This document shows, piece by piece, positions 1 to 9,677 of a DNA stretch of 64,000 bases (its first letter is position 1; every line of letters begins with the position of its first letter). Made by a program: the position numbers and the translations under genes. The notes below the pieces were generated by a model. That model had not been told where the DNA came from and ran no database searches. It saw only the letters and a list, made by a program, of their open reading frames with translations. The stretch is taken from NCBI GenBank assembly GCA_017546265.1, contig JAFYXG010000012.1, positions 4,249 to 68,248 of the forward strand. Direction: 5' to 3'. The DNA is from Alphaproteobacteria bacterium. GTDB lineage: Bacteria; Pseudomonadota; Alphaproteobacteria; Rs-D84.

Positions 1-5
1 GTTTA

Positions 6-3000
6 TTATTCCATGCTGGTTGATATCATGTCGCCGTACATACCAACCTCGTCAGCACCGATAAAGCAACGGATTTTTGAACCGACATTGTCCATGAATT
101 CCCGGATTGCGGCCTGTTGTGCCGTATCCAATTCGGCATTCTGGACACTGTTCACAATCTGGTTGGTCAATATACCGCCCGCAATCGCGGTCACCCCTGC
201 ACCGATTGCTGCGGCAGCACCAGTACTTACCCCCTTTTTCTGATCGGATTCAGTCAGGCCCGCAACATCAAACAGGCTTTCACATTCGGATTTCAGGTTT
301 GACACCAATACTTTTGCCTGACCTTGTGCATTTTTTTGAACCAAACTATCATCTTGGACCTCTTTTGTTGTACAACCACTAAGATTTTGTCCACATATTT
401 CTTTGGCTTCATCACTGCTGAAGGAACTTTTTTCAGCATAAGTCACAAATTTCCGGGCCTGCTTCATGGTTTCAGATTCGACCCCATTACTTTTACGCCG
501 CATATTATCCAGCAGACTATTTGCTGTGGCTGCACCACCGTACGAAATATAATGGTTCGCAACCTGTGAACATTTTTCTTTTGTAAAGCCATTATCCTTG
601 CCCTTTTCACCGATTCCTGTCAGGCCGCTGAAGATTTCGCCCTTTTGTATGCCGGCACCCAAATAGGCACCGCCTACACCGCCACCAATCGCACCCAGTG
701 CGGTTAACCAACCCTTAATCTTGGGCTGGGCCGCCGCCGCATCGGCACGGGCATCTTCGCCCGCCGCCGCGGCCAATTCTTCCAGTTTATCGTTTGGTAT
801 CCATGAACCGCATGTAAAGGCATCGCCCGCCGCAAAGTATGCAGTCGCCCAATTCGCACCATTGTTGATTGCGTCCTGGATGCGTTTGTCATCAGACTGT
901 AATGTTACACGTACACGACAGAACGAACCGTACAGGTCATTACTGGCCACAAATTGTGTGGTCTTTAACCCAGCGGTCGCATAGTTCGCGGGAACCTTGT
1001 TCGATTTCAATTTTGCCCACATGAATGTAGAGCCCATATCACGATTGCCCATTATGCCGCCATTATTTGACGACATACACATATTCTGCTGTTTAGTCAA
1101 TTTGGCATTGTATTTTGCCTGGGCTTCGATTTCCAAATCGTAAATCAGGTCTTTGAACAGTGTGCTGGCCGCCTGGGATTCAATGTATGTTGTATATGCA
1201 ATCATGACAGGTTTGTCATATATCGCACCAGTTGCATCAACTGTATCACATACCCCCTGTTCCCCACGTGCATTTTCACACAGTTTATTGCCATTTTCGT
1301 CAATGGCCGCGACCTGTTCAATGGATTCTGTCATGGCCGATGTTGCACCCGCATCTATCCAGTCAGAACGAACAGACCCAGTTCCCCATGATGATTCAGA
1401 TGATTTATCGGCAATCTTTAACTTGTTCGTTTCAATCGCCAAGTGTTCCGAACAAACATCTGCATTTTTAACCGTGTCGACACACAGTCCCAATACGACT
1501 GTATAATCTAAAACACCACCAACCTTGTTCATGGATTTGTCAAAGTTTGCATCACCACTGTTGGTCAGGGATGAATAAATATCCGTGCGGTTGCGATAGC
1601 AGTTTACATAATCTGTGCCACACATGGATTTAACACACGATGTCGCAATTGACTGACAACGTTTTTTCATTTGTGCAATCGCCGCATCACTGTAATTGTT
1701 TGCCAATGACGCGTTTAATGAGGCAACAACACCAATTGGATCCAATTCCGCACCATCATCATATTCTGGGAACAAAACGTCAAACGCGTCCGCATCCATA
1801 AACGAATAATTATATGTGCCAGTTGAATTTGGATTCTGAGCCGCATATTTACAATTCGCGTCCGTATTCACAATAGACTGGCACCCGGTTTTAATTTCAT
1901 TACGGGTGTATTCGTTGTTGATAGATTTGTCCGCAGAACCAAATACCTGGGCATAGCAGGCCGCACCAGAGCCACCACCACACGTACGCATCGCACATGA
2001 TTTAATCGTGTTGATACATTTTTCCTTGGCACGGGTGTCAAATTTGTTCACCAGGTCTGTAATTTTAGCCCGCATCCCGGAATTCATACGAGCAGAATAT
2101 GCCAGGTCATAAACCTCGGCCTGGTTGTCTTCGTCACGCAGCTGGGATGCCGTTGGCATTACACCATCGCTGATAAACGTTGCATAGCAATATTTGTTCG
2201 AACCAATTGTGTCCAGACATGAATTTTGGATATAAGACGATATGCTGGAACGTGCAATAACCGATGTCGAGTCAACTGCAGTTGGAACTGCAGTCCCGTT
2301 GTTAATCGCATCAACCGTTTCAACAGTTTCCATGGTCGCATTTTCATAGCAACGATATGGATTGGCACTGCATGCGTTCAAAATACACTGGTCAACAACC
2401 TTGTAACAAGTGGACACAGCATTAACCGCTGCCAGGGCCGCACCTTCGGCAATCATTTCACCGATACGACTGGACGCAGTGGGAACCGTTGCAGATGTCG
2501 CACCAGAATTTCCAAACAATTCCATCTTGCCATCGCCGGCACAACGGGCCAGGGTCGAATCACAAAATACCGCTTGTTTCTTAAACTCAGAATTCGTGGT
2601 ACACAATTCAAAGTCCGCACCGCACACACTGTCTTTACGCAGACATGATGAATAGCGGCGAACACAATTCGATGTGTCGTACATGTTTTCAATCGCCGCA
2701 GCAGAAATCATTTGCCCCAAAACACTGCCCGCGGTTGGATATGTGTATTCTGTAACCTCGCCATACGTGTTCTTGGTCGCAACATTCGATAACGCAGATA
2801 CGTTAGATGTGCCAAATAGACTGTTTACACCAGCAGACTGACACTGGGCCAACGTAGACAAACACTGAGGCATCTTTGCATGAAACAAAACATTCGTTGT
2901 ACATTCTTCGAAATTCGGACCACAGGCATCGCCCCCCTTGATACATGCTGTGTAGGCATCTATACACTCGGCATTCGCCAACAATGTCGCCGCAGTCGTA

Positions 3001-3179
3001 GACCCACCAGACGTCACTGTACCCGCCGTGCCAGTCGTTGCACCTATGTATGTCGCCATTGTCGGCATGCGCCGTACATTCGCCGCATTAAGTACACTGG
3101 GACGTGCAGTCGCCGCGTTCGCCGCAGGAATTATGCAGGACAAAGCCAATAAACTTACTGTATTTTTGAGAAAAGACAT
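6..3179 (-). CDS. Large secreted cysteine-rich repeat protein (1057 aa) with C-terminal Gly/Ala-rich hydrophobic segments, function unknown
   Basis: Signal-peptide-like N terminus (MSFLKNTVSLLALSCIIPAANA); two ~100-aa Cys repeats starting at C72 and C172; three C-x6-C-x4-C-(x6-7)-CY repeats; two Gly-rich hydrophobic stretches near the C terminus. Confidence 0.85.
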   Translation of the reverse strand: MSFLKNTVSLLALSCIIPAANAATARPSVLNAANVRRMPTMATYIGATTGTAGTVTSGGSTTAATLLANAECIDAYTACIKGGDACGPNFEECTTNVLFHAKMPQCLSTLAQCQSAGVNSLFGTSNVSALSNVATKNTYGEVTEYTYPTAGSVLGQMISAAAIENMYDTSNCVRRYSSCLRKDSVCGADFELCTTNSEFKKQAVFCDSTLARCAGDGKMELFGNSGATSATVPTASSRIGEMIAEGAALAAVNAVSTCYKVVDQCILNACSANPYRCYENATMETVETVDAINNGTAVPTAVDSTSVIARSSISSYIQNSCLDTIGSNKYCYATFISDGVMPTASQLRDEDNQAEVYDLAYSARMNSGMRAKITDLVNKFDTRAKEKCINTIKSCAMRTCGGGSGAACYAQVFGSADKSINNEYTRNEIKTGCQSIVNTDANCKYAAQNPNSTGTYNYSFMDADAFDVLFPEYDDGAELDPIGVVASLNASLANNYSDAAIAQMKKRCQSIATSCVKSMCGTDYVNCYRNRTDIYSSLTNSGDANFDKSMNKVGGVLDYTVVLGLCVDTVKNADVCSEHLAIETNKLKIADKSSESSWGTGSVRSDWIDAGATSAMTESIEQVAAIDENGNKLCENARGEQGVCDTVDATGAIYDKPVMIAYTTYIESQAASTLFKDLIYDLEIEAQAKYNAKLTKQQNMCMSSNNGGIMGNRDMGSTFMWAKLKSNKVPANYATAGLKTTQFVASNDLYGSFCRVRVTLQSDDKRIQDAINNGANWATAYFAAGDAFTCGSWIPNDKLEELAAAAGEDARADAAAAQPKIKGWLTALGAIGGGVGGAYLGAGIQKGEIFSGLTGIGEKGKDNGFTKEKCSQVANHYISYGGAATANSLLDNMRRKSNGVESETMKQARKFVTYAEKSSFSSDEAKEICGQNLSGCTTKEVQDDSLVQKNAQGQAKVLVSNLKSECESLFDVAGLTESDQKKGVSTGAAAAIGAGVTAIAGGILTNQIVNSVQNAELDTAQQAAIREFMDNVGSKIRCFIGADEVGMYGDMISTSME

Positions 3180-3254
3180 TCCCGTACTCCATAGTTTTTA
3201 TTATTTTATTTTAACATAAAAACAATGGTTTGAAAAGGGAAAAATCCGTTATTT

Positions 3255-4214
3255 TTAGATATTTTCAAGTAAATATTTTAATTCTAACATGTCGTCTGGC
3301 AGACGGGTCTTAAAACGCATCATTTCGCCCGTTACAGGATGAGCAAATTCCAGTAATTCGGCATGCAACATCTGACCTTCGTGTGTACGCAAAAATTCCA
3401 ACAAATCACCATCTCGTACAGACCCCAGTCGGGCCGAACCGCGACCATACAATGGGTCACACAACACCGGAAAACCATGCGATGACAAATGAACACGTAT
3501 CTGATGTGTGCGGCCGGTAAACAATGTGCATCGCATCTGGGACACCCCAGCACGAGGCCATGCGTTTATAACCGAAACCTCGGTATGAGAATCACGACCA
3601 CCCGTCTTTACCATCGTCATTTTCTGACGATTGCGAGAAGATCGTGCAATCTGACCCGTGATGTCGGCAACCTCCCAATTCGGAACACCCCAAACAAAGG
3701 CTATATATTTCCGAGTAAGGTTATGTTCAGAAAATGTTTTTACCAATTCTCGAAATGCTGCGTCCGATTTCGCAAAAACCATTACACCACTGGTATCTTT
3801 GTCCAGACGATGAACAACACCAGGACGTATATCACCACCCAATGTTGACAGATGTGTATGCGATAAAATGTTTTGGACCAATGTACCCGTTTTATTCCCC
3901 GCCGATGGATACATCACCACACCACGAGGTTTGTTTATCACAATAATATCTTCGTCTTCAAACAAAATGTCCAAGTCAAAATCCGATGAAATATTTTCAA
4001 TCGCCGTGTCCGTCCGAACGTCCGGAATTTCAACAACAAATGTGTCTCCTGGACGCACCTTGTCGGCAAAACGAACAGAACGACCGTCCGCAAAACGAAC
4101 AGAAAAACGCTGAATCTCGCTGCGGGAAAATTCGGGCAGTTTGGACGATAAAAATTTGTCCGTACGTGTTATCTCGTCCGTGTCTGAAACAATAAATTCG
4201 CGTGTCTGTGCCAT
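3255..4214 (-). CDS. rluD: RluA/RluD-family 23S rRNA pseudouridine synthase
   Basis: Motifs INKPRG, VHRLDKDTSG, TGRTHQIRVH, QMLHA; S4-like N terminus; start moved to ATG 4214 (MAQTREF). Confidence 0.9.
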   Translation of the reverse strand: MAQTREFIVSDTDEITRTDKFLSSKLPEFSRSEIQRFSVRFADGRSVRFADKVRPGDTFVVEIPDVRTDTAIENISSDFDLDILFEDEDIIVINKPRGVVMYPSAGNKTGTLVQNILSHTHLSTLGGDIRPGVVHRLDKDTSGVMVFAKSDAAFRELVKTFSEHNLTRKYIAFVWGVPNWEVADITGQIARSSRNRQKMTMVKTGGRDSHTEVSVINAWPRAGVSQMRCTLFTGRTHQIRVHLSSHGFPVLCDPLYGRGSARLGSVRDGDLLEFLRTHEGQMLHAELLEFAHPVTGEMMRFKTRLPDDMLELKYLLENI

Positions 4215-4215
4215 G

Positions 4216-4683
4216 TTATAAATCCCGGTTATATTTATCCCAATCAGGTCCAACCATACAATCAGACAGGTCAATTGTCAAATCACGACCGCGGGATTTT
4301 ACAGGACATGTCAAAATTCCCGTTGTTGTCGCCTGGTCCGCATCACGGGTCGCATTGCGATATGCAAAGTTTATCGTGGTCGGTGCCGCAACACATGCAA
4401 TTTGCAAATCATTGTCCGTTTTCCCATCAGGTGACACCCATACACGTACTCCATACCCCAGACCATAACACGGAAAACCGTCCAAATAATACAAAACCAG
4501 TCCACGACCAACCAATTTCCGGTCGCCAACAAATCGGCCTGTATACTGGTTCAATGTCAGACCAGTTACAGCCTGCCAGTCGGTGCTGGTGGAAAAAATA
4601 CTGACACGCGGCTGTGCCCCATCATCAGCATTTGCAGACAACACAAAAAACAACGCAATCAAACATGTAATCAGTTTCTTCAT
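4216..4683 (-). CDS. Hypothetical secreted protein (155 aa)
   Basis: Signal peptide MKKLITCLIALFFVLSANA; abuts both neighbouring genes. Confidence 0.75.
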   Translation of the reverse strand: MKKLITCLIALFFVLSANADDGAQPRVSIFSTSTDWQAVTGLTLNQYTGRFVGDRKLVGRGLVLYYLDGFPCYGLGYGVRVWVSPDGKTDNDLQIACVAAPTTINFAYRNATRDADQATTTGILTCPVKSRGRDLTIDLSDCMVGPDWDKYNRDL

Positions 4684-5213
4684 TTTTCACCCCCAACAGG
4701 TGTTTCCAGATCAGATAACTCGGCTGAGATGGTCTTTGTCCCAGCAGGCAAAGCCGACAGAACATGATTGAAATTTACAACACCACCAGAATCCAATAAT
4801 GTCGCAGATGGCATGAACTTCTGACGCCCCAGCACACGACCGTCTGAATCCAAGAATACTATCATCAAATCTGGCACACCGTAAATATCATCCGAAATAT
4901 TCGTAATAGAACCACCAACAACAATGTGCGATACTCCTTCTGCATCTGTTATCGTTTCAACAGACGACACAGACGCAACCAACGGACCACGCGATACTGT
5001 GCGTGCCTGGTGCTGAGTAATGACCGCAATGGTAAATATTATCGCAGATAACAATGCACACAAAGACGCAAAAAACATCAACCATGTATTCCGCCGAGTC
5101 GGCCCCGCAACAGACCAACGATGACCACATACCGCACACTGGACCGCAGATGATGTCATGTTGTCAACCGAATATTCTGTTTTACAAAAATCACACTTTA
5201 CTTTCATAGACAT
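4680..5213 (-). CDS. MJ0042-type zinc-ribbon membrane protein with DUF3426-like periplasmic domain
   Basis: CDFC...CAVCGHRW zinc finger, one TM helix, beta-rich C-terminal domain (GSITN...VP.L). Confidence 0.75.
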   Translation of the reverse strand: MSMKVKCDFCKTEYSVDNMTSSAVQCAVCGHRWSVAGPTRRNTWLMFFASLCALLSAIIFTIAVITQHQARTVSRGPLVASVSSVETITDAEGVSHIVVGGSITNISDDIYGVPDLMIVFLDSDGRVLGRQKFMPSATLLDSGGVVNFNHVLSALPAGTKTISAELSDLETPVGGEK

Positions 5214-5230
5214 ACCTATACCACATTTTA

Positions 5231-6544
5231 TTACAATTTCAACATACGATATTTTTCCTGAACCTGGGAACTGATTTCGTTTATCGCGTTCATATAATCT
5301 GATACTGTCGCATTTTTGTTCGCAGATACAGCACCGAATATCTGACCTGATAATGTTGTCATGTCTCCATATACATACACAGCCAAAGTCGCCATGCGAT
5401 TCAATTCTACAAATGATACATCAGCAAAATTTGCAACCCCAGATTTTGTGTTCCAGTAATAATCGGTATTATTTGAATCTGCTATCATATCATAAACAAC
5501 CAACCTGGGGGTCATAGAGCCTGTAAAACCAACCGTTACAAACATTGCGTCTATGTGACCAGAAGTCATGTCCAGGGACTGATTTACCTTTAATATCGCC
5601 AGGTCGTTGGTTGCATCGACCGACAATCCAGACAAAGTCATGTTTGACACCCATAAATTATCCGCCGTCAGTGATGAAAACTTGCCCGTGTCGGCCAATG
5701 TAAACGCACCAGATATTTCCATATTTTTGGCATCAGATGACAACATGCCTGCAACCGTTGACGATACGGTTTTGAACCGCATATCCAATGTGGTGCGATT
5801 TTTAAATATCATGGTTTCTGATACAACATCAGGCAAAAACAGCCCCTGATTGAATTCTATATAGTTCGAATTCACAAATGACGCATTCTTGATATCGTGC
5901 CCAGCCAGATTTAACGCGGACTTCATTTTGGCATCGTCCGGATTACTGGACGGCACACGCCACAGATACAACGCATTGTCACGATTAACCGAAGTAGTTT
6001 CAACCAAACCATTTTCCATACTAATGCCCAGGTCAATGTTATCTGTATGCCACGAACCAAACGAACCATACGCATGGACACCATCTATGAACCCCATGTT
6101 GCCACCAGAAAGTCCAACTATTTCACGTGTACGAATTGGAGAAATGTCCGCAGCAGAACGAACCACAATCCCCTGAAGAGACGACTTTTCCATGCTGTCT
6201 GCCGTTTTCAGAATTCGCAGTTGATACATTTCTTCGCCTGCCTCTAATACAGACGGAGGCAAACCATACGGTTCTAAATCAGACAATTCAACGCGAGTTA
6301 TCGTTCGCCCAACCGTTCGCAACAATTCAGGACGATTGGCCAAGATATAACGCTCTAAAGCAACCTGAATTTCAGTCATCTGATTTGTAATCGAAATGTT
6401 TTCAGCACGCATAATCGAAGACTGATGATAACGAAGAATAAAAGGAACTATGACCACCACCAATGCAATACTTAACAGTAATTCAATCAGCATATTGCCC
6501 GAACTTCTGTTTTTATCTGAAAAGATTTTTCCGTTGCGTTTCAT
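5231..6544 (-). CDS. Type IV pilin-like protein, PilV/shufflon-N-like minor pilin (paralog 3)
   Basis: Class III signal SG|NMLIE plus hydrophobic helix; YLWRVPSSNPDDAKMKSALNLAGHDIKNA resembles the PilV constant-region motif LYR...LNxMxTxLDMGxNxxxN. Confidence 0.7.
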   Translation of the reverse strand: MKRNGKIFSDKNRSSGNMLIELLLSIALVVVIVPFILRYHQSSIMRAENISITNQMTEIQVALERYILANRPELLRTVGRTITRVELSDLEPYGLPPSVLEAGEEMYQLRILKTADSMEKSSLQGIVVRSAADISPIRTREIVGLSGGNMGFIDGVHAYGSFGSWHTDNIDLGISMENGLVETTSVNRDNALYLWRVPSSNPDDAKMKSALNLAGHDIKNASFVNSNYIEFNQGLFLPDVVSETMIFKNRTTLDMRFKTVSSTVAGMLSSDAKNMEISGAFTLADTGKFSSLTADNLWVSNMTLSGLSVDATNDLAILKVNQSLDMTSGHIDAMFVTVGFTGSMTPRLVVYDMIADSNNTDYYWNTKSGVANFADVSFVELNRMATLAVYVYGDMTTLSGQIFGAVSANKNATVSDYMNAINEISSQVQEKYRMLKL

Positions 6545-6547
6545 TGT

Positions 6548-7765
6548 TTAGCGTATTGTGTATTTATTGTTTTGTTGTGTCAACTGCCACCCCTTGCGGT
6601 ACAGCGAATTAAATTCTGTCCGTGATGGCATAGCAGGCATTTTGCCACGCGACACGGTAAAACTATTAAACTGAGGCGGCTTGGTCGATGGAAATGCCCA
6701 ATTGCCAAAACGAAGAGCCGCTGTGCCAGATACCAATAACTCGCCCGAGACGGTCAAACCAAAATTATCGTAAAATATCATCTCTTCGGCAGATACGTAT
6801 GGAACCGCAACAGAATTTACTGTTATCCCCGTAAAACCACTGACCGTTTTAGAACTGTCAGATTTTAATATCAAATCGTTCGCAACGTTTACAGAATTTT
6901 TTATCGTAGCACGGTCCGTGATAACCCGACCAGTTGTCGTATATCCACGACCGTTTAAATTATCTGCGTATATATTGCGAAAACCTGATACATCACCAGA
7001 TACACGCATTGTGCCAACCGATACTTCATCGCCATCTACATTTGCACCTGATGAAAAATATATCGTGTTGGCAGCCGCTGAATCTGCATCCAAAAATGTC
7101 GTATCGCCATTTTTTGCACGTACAGATTGGCCAGATAAAATGGATACATTATATACATGATGGTGCCCCATGTCCAAATCACGTTCCATGACATTCAAAT
7201 TATCATCACCAGATGTCGCACGATGCAGATACTTTGCCGTGTCTTCGCCCGCAACATCACGCGAAATACGATAAATTAAATCGCCAGGTTCAAAGTCAGG
7301 TGCCGCAACCGCCCATGAACCACCATATGCAATACCTTCATTTGACACAATTGCCGCATCTGAACCAATATGCCTGGCAACACTGTTTGCACGCAATTCA
7401 GAACCACCTGTTTCAAACGCCAAATAAACATCCGTTATGGTCGCACCAGTTACAGAATATTTGTCTATAAAACCAGCCACCGCATATGGCGATATATCCG
7501 ACAATTCGTCCGCAGCCAATCGAATTTGTGCCGTATCTGGCCATTTATCCTGGTTCATACGAACGAAATTTAGTGCTTCATCGCGTACAGACATTATCTG
7601 GCGAGCAACAGATATATCACGCAATGTCTCGTTCGTACGAGATATTTGACCATATACAAACGGGGTCGCAACCGCAATTATTGCCATGGACAATAAAACC
7701 TCGGTCATGCTGGCACCAGACGTATTATTCGCAAAAATTTTACTGTTTAACACACTCACTGCCAC
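6548..7765 (-). CDS. Type IV pilin-like protein, PilV/shufflon-N-like minor pilin (paralog 2)
   Basis: SG|ASMTE plus hydrophobic helix; YLHRATSGDDNLNVMERDLDMGHHHVYNV; exact GTG start uncertain. Confidence 0.7.
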   Translation of the reverse strand: MAVSVLNSKIFANNTSGASMTEVLLSMAIIAVATPFVYGQISRTNETLRDISVARQIMSVRDEALNFVRMNQDKWPDTAQIRLAADELSDISPYAVAGFIDKYSVTGATITDVYLAFETGGSELRANSVARHIGSDAAIVSNEGIAYGGSWAVAAPDFEPGDLIYRISRDVAGEDTAKYLHRATSGDDNLNVMERDLDMGHHHVYNVSILSGQSVRAKNGDTTFLDADSAAANTIYFSSGANVDGDEVSVGTMRVSGDVSGFRNIYADNLNGRGYTTTGRVITDRATIKNSVNVANDLILKSDSSKTVSGFTGITVNSVAVPYVSAEEMIFYDNFGLTVSGELLVSGTAALRFGNWAFPSTKPPQFNSFTVSRGKMPAMPSRTEFNSLYRKGWQLTQQNNKYTIR

Positions 7766-9110
7766 CTGCCATTAAACACTGTTTTATATTTATTCTTTGT
7801 TCCAAACGCTGCCAGTAAAGATACTGACATACCAAATATTGAGATATGGATTGTTTATTATACACACCTTCGAGTTGCTTTATAATCGCCGCACAGTTTT
7901 CAACCGCTTCATCGTCCGCCGATGGAGTTTTTATAATGGAAAACGCATCGTTGTTTACACTGGAAATATAGGCATCCGGTAATAATGATGTACCACCAGG
8001 ACGAATATCTAAAATAACATCGCCCGTCTTCCCAGAATTTAATCCAGTGGACGTTTGATCACGCAATGTAACGTTTGATGTGTACAAAGTACCAACCTCT
8101 ATCCCAGATTTACTGCTGTACTCCAACGTTTCATTGTCTATAAAAACATCCTGACCGCGGGTTGCATTCAAATACGATGAAATATCTAACCGTTCAACAG
8201 TAAAGTTTATTCTGTCAGATACAACATTTCCCCGAACATTCCATACCCCAGGCCCAGTAAATGCAGTCGCACCCGCCGTCATCGCAAAATCATATACAGA
8301 TATGTTGTTGGCAGTAAAATTCCCCGTATCTCCAAATAATGAAACTGTTTTGGCAGAAACACTGTCCGCGTACAAGGTGCCACGCATCAGTGTCAGGGCA
8401 GATTCGCCCGAGACACTTTGAAAAATAGTTTTAGCGGCAGACATTTCCGATATGTGATTACGAACCTTTTTTCCAGACTCTATGCCCGATATGGTCAAAG
8501 TATTAAATTCAGCACCATCAAATTCACCACGAACACAGAATATGTTGCCCGCATTGTTTAATACAAAACCACCCATGTCCAGATCAGTCAAAAAACCACT
8601 GTTTTCCAAACTGGGCTCATTACGGCGAACAATATCTGAATACACATCTGTCAATTCTATGCCGACACGAATAATACCCGGTGCTTCGTCAGACGGAGAT
8701 GCATAAAACCCAATTCGCCGAACCAATTCTGCAAGCTCAACCCCGTTCAGTTTTCCACCCGTTAATTCTAGATACGCAGATATAGATACGGGAGTTTTAT
8801 GAATCACCAAGGAAATATCCTGACCCAAGGCCGTTTTGGGAACAAACCCCAGTGGCAAACCATATGGTTCCAATGTATCAGAAAAATCACGCCCAGTTAT
8901 TACAGTCGTATCGTACGGAATATTATTCGCGTTTTCACGAATAAATATTCGAGATGCAGTCTGGGCAACATCAACCTGGCGTGTGGCAGAATACATACGT
9001 GCATCTGTGTTGCGACCCGCCATCTGACGCGACATAAATGGTATGAACGCAAAAATCACCCCCAGTGCCAACAGGGCTTGTAATAAAAAATTTCCACGTT
9101 CTTGGTGCAA
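7740..9110 (-). CDS. Type IV pilin-like protein, PilV/shufflon-N-like minor pilin (paralog 1)
   Basis: RG|NFLLQ plus hydrophobic helix; FLTDLDMGGFVLNNAG motif; likely TTG start at 9110 behind a strong SD (AGGAGG). Confidence 0.65.
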   Translation of the reverse strand: MHQERGNFLLQALLALGVIFAFIPFMSRQMAGRNTDARMYSATRQVDVAQTASRIFIRENANNIPYDTTVITGRDFSDTLEPYGLPLGFVPKTALGQDISLVIHKTPVSISAYLELTGGKLNGVELAELVRRIGFYASPSDEAPGIIRVGIELTDVYSDIVRRNEPSLENSGFLTDLDMGGFVLNNAGNIFCVRGEFDGAEFNTLTISGIESGKKVRNHISEMSAAKTIFQSVSGESALTLMRGTLYADSVSAKTVSLFGDTGNFTANNISVYDFAMTAGATAFTGPGVWNVRGNVVSDRINFTVERLDISSYLNATRGQDVFIDNETLEYSSKSGIEVGTLYTSNVTLRDQTSTGLNSGKTGDVILDIRPGGTSLLPDAYISSVNNDAFSIIKTPSADDEAVENCAAIIKQLEGVYNKQSISQYLVCQYLYWQRLEQRINIKQCLMAGGSECVKQ

Positions 9111-9284
9111 GGTTGTGCCCCCTCCTACGGATATCAGCATAGCAACAGAAAAAAATTATTGCAATCAGTTTTAACTTGATTTACTATTTGTTGCGTTGGA
9201 TGACAGTATCAAATGCAGAATGCTGGTGCTGTTTGAGGGGGTTCCCAATGATTATAAAATAAAAGTTAATTAAAAAGATAAGAC

Positions 9285-9593
9285 ATGCAAAATAAAAAAA
9301 ATCAATCTAATGTTGGACAGATGATTCAGCGTTGCCATAAGTGGCGACAAAAAAGAAAACAATATATCGATCAGGCCAGACAAACAACTGATGAGATCGA
9401 ACGTGAAAGATTACTGCAAACAGCAGAACACTATGGTCGCATGGTCAATACAGAACAGGGAAAAATAGATTCTACACGCGATCCAAAGGAAAAGGCCGAA
9501 GCAGCAGCAGCCGCTGAAGCAGAAAAAGAATCGTCCGAAAATGCAGATGACGAAGAACCTGGTTTCCCAGACTTTATAACAAATCTGAAATAA
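9285..9593 (+). CDS. DUF4167-like protein
   Basis: YIDQARQ...ERLLQTAEHYGRM resembles the alphaproteobacterial DUF4167 core (Y..lArdA...E.ylQhAEHY.R); acidic tail. Confidence 0.6.
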   Translation: MQNKKNQSNVGQMIQRCHKWRQKRKQYIDQARQTTDEIERERLLQTAEHYGRMVNTEQGKIDSTRDPKEKAEAAAAAEAEKESSENADDEEPGFPDFITNLK

Positions 9594-9597
9594 TCAT

Positions 9598-9622
9598 AAA
9601 ACGCACCATTTTGGTGCGTTTT
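9598..9622 (+). terminator. Intrinsic terminator
   Basis: AAAACGCACCA-TTT-TGGTGCGTTTT hairpin just after the stop codon. Confidence 0.8.
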
Positions 9623-9627
9623 ATTTG

Positions 9628-9655
9628 TTGAAATTTAACCGTATTTTGCTATGCT
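9628..9655 (+). promoter_or_regulatory. Putative sigma70 promoter of the dnaX operon
   Basis: TTGAAA-16 nt-TATGCT with extended -10 TG. Confidence 0.5.
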
Positions 9656-9677
9656 GGGGCAAAAGGAAGTTGTAAGC

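Noticed and set aside
5231-9110. Active shufflon
   Set aside because: All three genes are full-length and co-oriented; no silent inverted C-terminal cassettes, sfx repeats or Rci recombinase seen
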